IMG/VR virus record: IMGVR_UViG_3300012944_000007
Length of the DNA stretch: 55,208 nucleotides
Source of the DNA: a virus
Reading direction: 5' to 3' (one strand)
Shown here: piece after piece, positions 41,950 through 49,598 of the stretch
Numbering within the stretch: the first letter of the stretch is position 1
Layout: each line of letters starts with the position of its first letter
Notes under the pieces: model-generated
Database searches by the model: none
What the model saw: the letters and a program-made list of their open reading frames with translations, nothing else
Told to the model about the DNA's origin: nothing
Made by a program: the position numbers and the translations under genes

Positions 41950-42906
41950 GCGCCGCCCTCTCCGCCGCTTCCGCGTGGAAGCGGTTCCGCTCCTCGCTCA
42001 GGAAGCGGAGCAACAAAAACTCCGGGTAGGTGATGTCTTGGAGGCTAACGGTCACCCCCGCTTGCATTGCGAAATCCAGGTCGATGGTGAGGCCTATCAA
42101 CCGGCCTGCTGGGGTCGCTAGATATTCGTCCAGCAGCGCCAGCGGGCATTCGTCGCACGGCGGGGAGTTGGCGTCCGCGAAAGGATCGCGCATCAGTGCC
42201 TCGGGGCATTCGCCAGAACCGGGGCACAGTTGGTCGCGGCGGAGCATTCGGTGGAGGATAAACCTCGGCGAAGGTTGAGCCGGCCAACCCCCGCCCGCTA
42301 AAAATTTTCTTCGCCATAACTCGCCGCTGTTTCCCGCTCGATTTCGATAATGACCTGGCGGATCACCGAATCCTTGTGGAGAATCGGCACCGCGCCGGCG
42401 TACCCGTCCGCTTTCCCGCCGCAGGCATCCCACAGCGCCGCCGCCGCTTCCATGCTGGTGCGGACCTCCTGGCAGTTGTACGGTAGGTTTAGGTAGCGCG
42501 TCGTACGGTGCAGCTTGCGCACCTCGTCGAGGGTCGGGATGCGCACGGTGTGCGTCACCCGGCCCGTCAGGATTTGCAGCTCGGCCTCCGCCTCGTCCGC
42601 ACCTAGATCCACCCGCAGCACGTCGCACTTGCCAATGGCCTGGATAATGGTCGTGGCTTCACCCGCAGTCAAGGGAGGCGCGCCGTTGAGCTTGATGGCT
42701 TCATACATCTTCTGGTCGGCAGCGCTGGAGTCGGTCTCCATTTCCGAAGCGCCCCGGCCCATCTGGCGCATCATCAACTTGCTGCGCTTGCGGTGCATGG
42801 CCCATTCCTCGTCGGAAGGCCAGCGCACGGTAATGTCGGTCTTCCCTGCGCCAGCCACGCGCAGCCCGATGGTAATGGTTGCAGCGGTATCAAACATCGA
42901 TTTCAT
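41939..42906 (-). CDS. gpGT-like tail assembly chaperone fusion made by a -1 frameshift
   Basis: The -1 frame is open from the slippery site to 41939, adding 122 codons (KFLAGGGWPAQ...). It ends 11 nt inside the tape-measure gene. Confidence 0.6.
42298..42906 (-). CDS. gpG-like tail assembly chaperone
   Basis: Positioned immediately upstream of the tape measure. AGAGG SD. It ends ...GEENF* on the slippery heptamer. Confidence 0.65.
   Translation of the reverse strand: MKSMFDTAATITIGLRVAGAGKTDITVRWPSDEEWAMHRKRSKLMMRQMGRGASEMETDSSAADQKMYEAIKLNGAPPLTAGEATTIIQAIGKCDVLRVDLGADEAEAELQILTGRVTHTVRIPTLDEVRKLHRTTRYLNLPYNCQEVRTSMEAAAALWDACGGKADGYAGAVPILHKDSVIRQVIIEIERETAASYGEENF
42301..42307 (-). other. 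Programmed -1 ribosomal frameshift heptamer A-AAT-TTT (X XXY YYZ)
   Basis: Sense reads GGC GAA GAA AAT TTT TAG. Shifting -1 gives AAA TTT TTA GCG GGC..., which is the frame of ORF 41939..42628. Confidence 0.6.
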
Positions 42907-42930
42907 CCTCTATAATTGTGAAGTCCATTA

Positions 42931-43031
42931 GGGCTTGGCTGGGCCTGGCGTGGCAAGGCTCGGCACGGCTGGGCATGGCTAGCCATGGCTGGGTTTGGCG
43001 CGGTGCGGCAAGGCGAGGGTGCCAATGGCAC
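42931..43031 (+). repeat. Intergenic element copy F (inverted relative to the others): 18 phased NGGCN pentamers 42931-43020 overlapping the box palindrome 43019-43031
   Basis: gggct tggct gggcc tggcg tggca aggct cggca cggct gggca tggct agcca tggct gggtt tggcg cggtg cggca aggcg agggt, then gccaatggcac. Confidence 0.9.
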
Positions 43032-43034
43032 ACA

Positions 43035-43073
43035 GGAAGGCGCGAGAAATAACCCACCGCGCCTTCCATTTTT
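43035..43073 (+). terminator. Plus-oriented intrinsic terminator/attenuator hairpin between element F and the plus-strand gene
   Basis: ggaaggcgcg (43035-43044), a 13-nt loop, cgcgccttcc (43058-43067), then atttttg. The stem is a perfect 10 bp. Confidence 0.65.
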
Positions 43074-43147
43074 GCAGATTGCGTTTTGCATCGGCGTATC
43101 CCCTTCATCCGGCTGCACTTAGCGTATTCCGGTACAATGGTACTGGT

Positions 43148-43738
43148 ATGCACAGATTCATATTTATTGTCCTGATCGCCGCAGGCGCGGGTTACTGGTT
43201 CCGGCTGGAGCGCCCAACTGCCTACAACTCCGGCCGAGCGGCTATGGTTCCTGTTCCCGCCGCTCCTCTGCCCGCTGCCAAGGAACCGGATCAAGAGGCT
43301 GCGCAGCCAGAACCGGAGCAGTGGAAACACGGGGGCGCCCGCGACGATCTGGATGGGACCGAACAGCGGTTCGCCACGCTGCGGTCTACCAATCTTGTCG
43401 AGTTTCCTTTCCCTTACAACGGGCCGCAGCATGGCACATTGCGAGTGAGCGAAGAGAAACCGGGCCTCTTTATCTTGTCCCTGCATCTGGAGCGTGGCCA
43501 GTTCATTGGGGATTGGAAAAGCTACGGCATAGTGTGCCCTTTGCGCGTTCGCTTCGATGAAGGGCCGGTCCAGAATTTCACGATGCTCCGATTCGATGAC
43601 CAGACCAACGCGGCCTGGACCGGGCAATCGGAATTGATCGCTCAATTGCAGACTGCAAAGCGGGTACGCATTCAAGCGCACTACTTTGAGGCGGCGAACG
43701 TGACCCTCGACTTTCATTGGGACGAATTTCCCTTCTAG
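43148..43738 (+). CDS. Membrane-anchored moron protein (196 aa), opposite strand within the tail module
   Basis: ATG at 43148. It has an N-terminal hydrophobic anchor MHRFIFIVLIAAGAGYWF, then a Pro/Glu linker and a beta-rich domain. It converges on the tube gene with a 2-nt gap. Confidence 0.65.
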   Translation: MHRFIFIVLIAAGAGYWFRLERPTAYNSGRAAMVPVPAAPLPAAKEPDQEAAQPEPEQWKHGGARDDLDGTEQRFATLRSTNLVEFPFPYNGPQHGTLRVSEEKPGLFILSLHLERGQFIGDWKSYGIVCPLRVRFDEGPVQNFTMLRFDDQTNAAWTGQSELIAQLQTAKRVRIQAHYFEAANVTLDFHWDEFPF

Positions 43739-43740
43739 CC

Positions 43741-44832
43741 TCATAGCCCCAGGATTCCGTCCTTCGTGGTGGTGGCGCTCATGGTGATGATGGGCGTGAT
43801 CCCGTCGGTCGGTTGCAGCGCCGTGACCCCGCACTGCACGGTGACGATGTTGGCGTCGTCGCCATTGACCACCGCCTGCATGATGGTGCGCGGCATCGAG
43901 ATCGTGAAATTGTGGTAGAAGGTGGTGTCGATTAGCGCCCCCTTCACCCCGAAGCTCACCGGCCCTTCCACCTGATTGATCAAGTTGTTGTACTCTATGC
44001 TGCCTTTCTGCGCGCGGGCCACGAAATTCAAACTCATTTCGCGGACGCCGTATTCCATGCGGCCTCGCACGCCGAAACCGTTTTGGGTGCCCGAGCCGGG
44101 ATATAGCCCGGTGTCGAGCCGCACGTTGTTGTTGTAGCGAAACTCCAGGCTCATGAAGGTCTGCTGAAGCACGTAATCAATGCCGTTGATGGTAATGAAA
44201 GCACCCGAGGCGTTCAGGAAGTGCTCCGGCGTGAGCGCGGGCAGCGGCGACAGGCCGGGACTCTGCACGCGCCCCGACCCGGGAAGCGTGCAGGCCACCC
44301 GGCAGTTGGCGCGCCCCGGCCCGCTGGACATGGTCAGCGCCCAGTCGCCCACCACACAGCCGATCAGCGCCCGGTCTACTACCGAATTCGGGGAAGGCCG
44401 GATCTGCTCGTCCCAGGTGAAGCACGGCAGATTGATGCAGGTAACCGCGGGATCGTTGGGCACGGCCGCATAGGCGAAGCCGGTTCCGGCCACGGTCTTG
44501 GTGGCTTGGCCGGTTGTGAAACAGAACAGCCAGGCGAGGAACTCACTCGAGACGTACTTTTCGAGAGCCACGCTGGTGTCCTGATGCGACGGGAACGTCT
44601 GGCTGGGGAACTCGTTACCCTTGCCGATATCGAGCGCGTTGGTTTCGTTGACCGGATTGACCACCGACAGGGCCGGATTCACCTTGGTCAGCGCCCACAT
44701 GTCGGCAAGCGCGTTGATCGTCGGCACGTCCGTCTGCGGCTTGTAGCCGAACGCGATTCTGGTCTCCTGAATATTCGCCGGGCAGGAGATCGGTCCTCCT
44801 GCCAGCGGCGCGGGAGCGGTTAAGGTTGCCAT
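43741..44832 (-). CDS. Putative major tail (tube) protein
   Basis: ATG at 44832 lies 9 nt after GGAGGTG. The position matches lambda V. 363 aa. Confidence 0.5.
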   Translation of the reverse strand: MATLTAPAPLAGGPISCPANIQETRIAFGYKPQTDVPTINALADMWALTKVNPALSVVNPVNETNALDIGKGNEFPSQTFPSHQDTSVALEKYVSSEFLAWLFCFTTGQATKTVAGTGFAYAAVPNDPAVTCINLPCFTWDEQIRPSPNSVVDRALIGCVVGDWALTMSSGPGRANCRVACTLPGSGRVQSPGLSPLPALTPEHFLNASGAFITINGIDYVLQQTFMSLEFRYNNNVRLDTGLYPGSGTQNGFGVRGRMEYGVREMSLNFVARAQKGSIEYNNLINQVEGPVSFGVKGALIDTTFYHNFTISMPRTIMQAVVNGDDANIVTVQCGVTALQPTDGITPIITMSATTTKDGILGL

Positions 44833-44854
44833 CGGTCGAATCACCTCCAAGGGT

Positions 44855-45316
44855 TTAAGGCAGAGGCCAGTCGCCTGTCTCGGCCGTCTCGGTCAGAATT
44901 ACGGCGTAGTCCACGCCTTCGGTATCGGTGCGGCGGGCAATGCCTAACACGTCGGTGGGAAGCACGCCCGCGAGGATAGGACACATGCGCCAGATCTGGC
45001 CGTCACCGGGGACCGGGACGCCGTTCAGGATCTGGTCTACCAGATCGAGGTCGGAATGGTCGCGCATGGCGCGCACGCAAATCTCCACGCGGTGGCTCCA
45101 CTTGCTCATGGCTTCGGTCACCAGCGCGGTCTCCACCCACATGACCAGCAGCTGGCCCGGCTGCATCTGATAGATGGCGTTATCCACGGAATTGCTGGTG
45201 GGATTGAAGTCGATATACGCCTTCACCGGATCGGTGGGCGCCAGCTGGGCCACCAGTTCCGGGATGTTGGTCAACGTTTGCGCCATCGCATTCACCAGAT
45301 CGGCCAGCTTGATCAT
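44855..45316 (-). CDS. Tail terminator-position protein (gpU-like by synteny)
   Basis: Called on gene order only. Confidence 0.4.
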   Translation of the reverse strand: MIKLADLVNAMAQTLTNIPELVAQLAPTDPVKAYIDFNPTSNSVDNAIYQMQPGQLLVMWVETALVTEAMSKWSHRVEICVRAMRDHSDLDLVDQILNGVPVPGDGQIWRMCPILAGVLPTDVLGIARRTDTEGVDYAVILTETAETGDWPLP

Positions 45317-45323
45317 CCGGTTC

Positions 45324-45842
45324 TCACGGCAGCATGTTCAGCGTCCCTGGGCGGCGGTTAGTGCCGTCGAGCGGGATCCAGGCCTTGTTCACGTACTGGC
45401 CAAATTCGTTCTGCGCCGCATCGAACACCACTTTGGTGTCGGTGAGCGCAAAGCCGATCATCTGGTCGTAACCCTGGCACCGCCGCGCCTTCGACCGCTC
45501 CAGGCGCGTGGTGTTCTCGGCGCGGATGGTCCCCAGCGTGGCCTTGCGCAGCTGGAAATTCTTGATCGTGGCGCCGGTCAGGTGCATGTCGCGCACGGGC
45601 CGTTTATGCAGCACGGCCTGTTTGATGATGGCGTAGCGGACGGTGAGCTTCTTCGCGGTCTGCCCGGCCGCATCCATGCCTCTGGCCCACCGCGCTTTCT
45701 GTTCCGCGACCATCTTCAAGCCAATCGCCGCGAGCTGCGGATCGTCGAGCTTGGGCGCGCGCACCCTGCCGGTGCGCTTCACCTGAATGTTCATCGAGGC
45801 TTGCGTGGCGGCGATGGGACCAGCCAGGATTCCTTGCGCCAT
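45324..45842 (-). CDS. Tail completion / neck protein (gpZ-position by synteny)
   Basis: ATG at 45842 overlaps the upstream TAA (TAATG). Confidence 0.4.
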   Translation of the reverse strand: MAQGILAGPIAATQASMNIQVKRTGRVRAPKLDDPQLAAIGLKMVAEQKARWARGMDAAGQTAKKLTVRYAIIKQAVLHKRPVRDMHLTGATIKNFQLRKATLGTIRAENTTRLERSKARRCQGYDQMIGFALTDTKVVFDAAQNEFGQYVNKAWIPLDGTNRRPGTLNMLP

Positions 45843-46177
45843 TAGAGTGTTCCCCCTTCTTGCAGCACGATCGTGGAGTAGCCGACCGCGAGAGCGTTCA
45901 CCCGCACCACGTCGTATTCCTTGCCGTCCTTCTGCACAATGTCGCCCAGGGCGGGCGCGACCGGCAGATCCGCGTTCTGCAGGTCGATATGGCTGTAGCG
46001 GCCCGGCGACACTTCCTCGTCGCTCGCGCCCTCTTTCCACAGGATGGTCACCGCGACCGCTTGCCCCGCGTCGCCTTGCGGCAGGTATTGGACCTGCCTC
46101 CCGAAGGTGGCCAGTTCCGCCGGCCAGAACAGGTTCGGCAGGTAGTCGGAGAGGAACGGATTGATAAAGCTGCTCAT
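45842..46177 (-). CDS. Head-tail connector/adaptor (gpFII-position by synteny)
   Basis: ATG at 46177 lies 4 nt after GAGGAGGG. Confidence 0.45.
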   Translation of the reverse strand: MSSFINPFLSDYLPNLFWPAELATFGRQVQYLPQGDAGQAVAVTILWKEGASDEEVSPGRYSHIDLQNADLPVAPALGDIVQKDGKEYDVVRVNALAVGYSTIVLQEGGTL

Positions 46178-46281
46178 CAAACCCTCCTCGTCAGCGCGCC
46201 CGCGCCCCCAAACCCCCAGTAAAGATTTGAAGGCGCGCTAGGCGCTTTCCGCTGGCACCGCGGATCTTCGCCGTCCCGCAT

Positions 46282-47304
46282 TTAAAGCACCTTCGCGGCC
46301 AGCGAGGCGTTGGGACGGAACGGAACCATGATCGGTGCGCTTTGCAGCATCACGTAGCGCACGCTGGGGTCGTACTGGATCCAGGACTTGACGTAATACG
46401 GCACCGGCTGCAAGCCGATCTCCTCGTCGCGGATCGCGCCATAGGCCTGCACCCCTTCGAGCGACGGAGAGCACATGATCACCGTGCCCGCCGGGATGAT
46501 GGGTTTCTCCACGCCGTCTGCCGGGTCCACATACCAGCCCGAATAGACCCAGATGTTGAACCCTTCGATATTGCCCATCAGCACGCCGCCCTCGGTCACT
46601 TGCGCCATCGGCATGACACTCGGGGTGTCCGTGTTGCGGCGGAAGATATTGAGCACGTTGACAATCGCCGGGTCGGCGCGGAAGACTTTCCAAACATCCA
46701 CGGTCATGATGACGTCATTAGGAAAGACGCCGGTGTCTTCGAGACAGATCTGGGCCCAGTCCTGGAGGTTGTTTAGAATCGGCGGGCTGGCCGTGCTCCA
46801 CAGCGGAGCGGCCACGATCTGGTGGGTGGCCGAGCGCTGGAAGTCCACTACCTGCGTGGGGTACTTGTCGCCGCTGATCGTGCTCTTGCCGCTGGCCAGG
46901 ACTTCGCCGCACATCACCTCCAGACGGCGGCGCAGCATATTCAGCTGGTCCTGCATATCGAAGGCGATCAGCGCGCGCAGGCGATCCGCAGGGACCATCG
47001 TGCCGCCGATCTGCTCGCCTGGCCCGCGCTTCAAGGGCCGGTTCATATCGAACACCCGCTTGTCCTTGATGTAGGCTGGCGTGAAGGTGTTGGTGACGAA
47101 TCCCTGCGAAGCGACCACCTGTCCTTCCACCAGCGGCGAGACGAAGGGCGAAACGCGCCGCTTGCCCTGCATCACGTCGAAGTGGATCTGTTCGCTGGCC
47201 TCGGCCTGCGTGATGCCGAAGAAGCGGTCCAGCAGGAACTGAGGGTTGCCCAGTAAACTTTGGAGCACAGCGGTCAGAACATCTGTACTAAAAACGTCGG
47301 CCAT
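46282..47304 (-). CDS. Major capsid protein, lambda gpE family
   Basis: 340 aa. The N-terminus MADVFSTDVLTAVLQSL...FFG...HFDV...RRVSPFVSPLVEG..V and the position after a gpD-like gene fit Phage_cap_E. Confidence 0.8.
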   Translation of the reverse strand: MADVFSTDVLTAVLQSLLGNPQFLLDRFFGITQAEASEQIHFDVMQGKRRVSPFVSPLVEGQVVASQGFVTNTFTPAYIKDKRVFDMNRPLKRGPGEQIGGTMVPADRLRALIAFDMQDQLNMLRRRLEVMCGEVLASGKSTISGDKYPTQVVDFQRSATHQIVAAPLWSTASPPILNNLQDWAQICLEDTGVFPNDVIMTVDVWKVFRADPAIVNVLNIFRRNTDTPSVMPMAQVTEGGVLMGNIEGFNIWVYSGWYVDPADGVEKPIIPAGTVIMCSPSLEGVQAYGAIRDEEIGLQPVPYYVKSWIQYDPSVRYVMLQSAPIMVPFRPNASLAAKVL

Positions 47305-47387
47305 GTTGGCTTGCCTCCCGGTGTACTGGGTGGGTTAGAAATCAGGCGACCCGCTGTCTGGTGCCAAGACGACGGGCCGCAGGGGGG

Positions 47388-48212
47388 TTATTTCTTCGGT
47401 GCCGTAGTCGGCACCGGTGGGTTGGCTTGGCGGCCGTGCTGCATGGCGGCTGCTTCCTGCTTTGCCAGCTGGGCACGCTCGTCGCGCTGCTTCTTCGCCA
47501 ACTCGGAGGCTTCCTTGTTCTGCTTGGCGGTCAGCTCCTCGCGCGCTTTCTGCTGTTTCTCGTCGAGGTCGGCAACCTGCTCCACGGTTTTCTCGCGGGC
47601 CTGCTCCTCCTTGGTCAGTTCACGCTCCCCGAAGGCTGCGGTATACCACGCCGGGTCTTTGGCGCTGGCCGGGCCAGGGATCGCCACTGGGCTCTGCCCT
47701 TGCGCGGCCCGGATCGCCTCCACTTCCTCCTTGGTGGCTTCGGCTGCGTCTTTCGCTGACATGGCTTGCGGCAGCGGGCCTGCGCCCGACGTGGGCAGGT
47801 TCATCAGCGGCACGAGTTGGCCGCTGCGCTGTTCGACGGTCAGGACGTAGATGCCGACGTTCCACAGCTGCGCTACGTCGGTGGCGGCTCCGTTGGCCGA
47901 GAAAATCATGGCAGTGTCCAGGAATTTTCCCTGCGTATAAACCAGGCCGGTGACGGCGGCCCCGGTGCCGGTGTCGATGTCCGCCGCCAGGATCGCGCCC
48001 GCTGGCGCGTTGCCATAGACGAACGGCGTAACGCCCGTTGGCGGCACGCCTGCGGCCACACCGCCGAGGACGGTGCCGCGTTTCAGGATGCCCTGACTTG
48101 CGCCGATCTTGGCGCTTTTGGAAAGACACTCGCCCGCGAGGAGCGAGTCGTAGTTGAAGATGTCCGACCGGAAAGACGCAACGTTAATCGGGTTCACACT
48201 TGGTGTTGCCAT
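47388..48212 (-). CDS. Head decoration protein (gpD-like N-terminal domain) with a 140-aa charged coiled-coil C-terminal extension
   Basis: ...GTVLGGVAAG...PAGAILAADIDTGTGAAVTGLVYTQGKF... resembles gpD-family proteins. The tail reads KEEQAREKTVEQVADLDEKQQKAREELTAKQNKEASELAKKQRDERAQLAKQEAAA. Confidence 0.6.
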   Translation of the reverse strand: MATPSVNPINVASFRSDIFNYDSLLAGECLSKSAKIGASQGILKRGTVLGGVAAGVPPTGVTPFVYGNAPAGAILAADIDTGTGAAVTGLVYTQGKFLDTAMIFSANGAATDVAQLWNVGIYVLTVEQRSGQLVPLMNLPTSGAGPLPQAMSAKDAAEATKEEVEAIRAAQGQSPVAIPGPASAKDPAWYTAAFGERELTKEEQAREKTVEQVADLDEKQQKAREELTAKQNKEASELAKKQRDERAQLAKQEAAAMQHGRQANPPVPTTAPKK

Positions 48213-48221
48213 AGTTTCTCC

Positions 48222-49595
48222 TTACTGCACCGCGTGCCTGCGGGACTTCGGAACGAACGCCAGGATGCGCTGCACCTCGGCGGCCGGCGAATCGTCGGCG
48301 ACCGCATCGCCGCTTACTCCCACGTTGGGGTTTTGGATCTGGCCCATGCGGACTTCGAGCGCATTGACCGGCTTGGTAGCGACCGCCAGCGGACACGCCT
48401 TCAAGAGTTTCTGGGCGGCTTCCAGGGTGTGGTTGGTTTCAAGTGCCAGCGTGCGGGCCAACTCTTCGCGGCCGCGCGCTTCCTCGCAGGTTAAAATTGC
48501 AGCGATCCGCTGCCGTTCTTCGGTTGGCGTAATCAAGTCTCCATCTCCTTCTGAAGCCGAGCTATCGAGCGGCTCCTGTTCTTCCTCGTCACATTCGCAG
48601 TCTTCGCCCGGCGGGCAGTCGCATTCCTCGTCGTCGGTCTCCTCCGCCGCCTCCGGCTCCGTGGCCGCCGCCCCTATATGCAGCACGGCGGCCGGCACGG
48701 TCGTCCCCAGGCCGACGCGCAGCGCGGGCTGATCGCGCACCACCCGCACTGGGTCGCCGTTGCCAGCGCCCAGCAGGCCCTCCAGGGAACCGAGCGCTTC
48801 CGCCATCCCGACCGAGACGGCGTCGCGAGCCGACAGCTCCGCGCCTTGGCCAAAGTCGCTTACCACCTTCTCTTCGCTGGTCCCCCGGAACTCCGCCACC
48901 TTTGCGATGAAGACCGCCGCCATCGCGTCCACCATCTGTTGCAGCTGCGCCCGCCCCTGGTCGGTGCCGGGGTCGGTCCGCTTGAGCGGACTCTGGCTGG
49001 AAATGATCTCGTACCGCTTCACGCCCTGCTTCTCTTCCGCCGCCCGCTCATCGAACACAGTGGCCCGCACGCCGATGGAGCCAAGGCGCGCGGTTTCGTC
49101 GGCCACGATTGTGCCAGCTGCTGAAGCCAGCCAGTACGCGGCCGACGCCCCCTGGCCATCCACGTACGCGGTGATGGGTTTGGTCTGGTTGGCCGTGCGG
49201 ATCATGTTGGCCAGTTCATTGATACCGTCGATCTGGCCGCCAGGCGAATTGATGGCCAGCACGATGCGCTGCACTGTGGGGTCGTCCACAGCTGCATGCA
49301 GGGCCAGCGCCGTCTGCTCGACGGAGGTGCCGCCCAGGAGCCACGTCCAAATCGAGCGATAGCGGAACAAAGGACCGCGAATGTTGACTACCGCGGTGCC
49401 GTGGTAATTCATCACCCCGCTGCCATTATCGAGCGGCTGTCCCGCGCGCGCGGCCACAGCCTCGAAGTCGAGCGCGCCGCAGGCCGCCACCAGCGACCGT
49501 AGGGCCGTGAGGCTCATGGCCCAGGGGCGGTCGTTGAGGGATAGCAGCTGGAACGCCAGCGGTGCTTCGCCGGTAAGGAGTTCGTCTGTAGCCAT
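48222..49595 (-). CDS. S49 (ClpP/SppA-type) prohead protease with a C-terminal scaffold-like region (lambda gpC/Nu3 analogue)
   Basis: ...IVLAINSPGGQIDGINELANMIR...AYVDGQGASAAYWLASAAG... is an S49 motif. The C-terminal ERQRIAAILTCEEARGREELARTLAL is typical of protease-scaffold fusions. Confidence 0.8.
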   Translation of the reverse strand: MATDELLTGEAPLAFQLLSLNDRPWAMSLTALRSLVAACGALDFEAVAARAGQPLDNGSGVMNYHGTAVVNIRGPLFRYRSIWTWLLGGTSVEQTALALHAAVDDPTVQRIVLAINSPGGQIDGINELANMIRTANQTKPITAYVDGQGASAAYWLASAAGTIVADETARLGSIGVRATVFDERAAEEKQGVKRYEIISSQSPLKRTDPGTDQGRAQLQQMVDAMAAVFIAKVAEFRGTSEEKVVSDFGQGAELSARDAVSVGMAEALGSLEGLLGAGNGDPVRVVRDQPALRVGLGTTVPAAVLHIGAAATEPEAAEETDDEECDCPPGEDCECDEEEQEPLDSSASEGDGDLITPTEERQRIAAILTCEEARGREELARTLALETNHTLEAAQKLLKACPLAVATKPVNALEVRMGQIQNPNVGVSGDAVADDSPAAEVQRILAFVPKSRRHAVQ

Positions 49596-49598
49596 AAC

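Noticed and set aside
42911-42916. A perfect TATAAT on the + strand as a definite promoter for an element-F RNA.
   Set aside because: No acceptable -35 or extended -10 element is present, and it overlaps the AT-rich SD/leader of the minus-strand chaperone gene. I keep it only as a hypothesis within the element-F finding.
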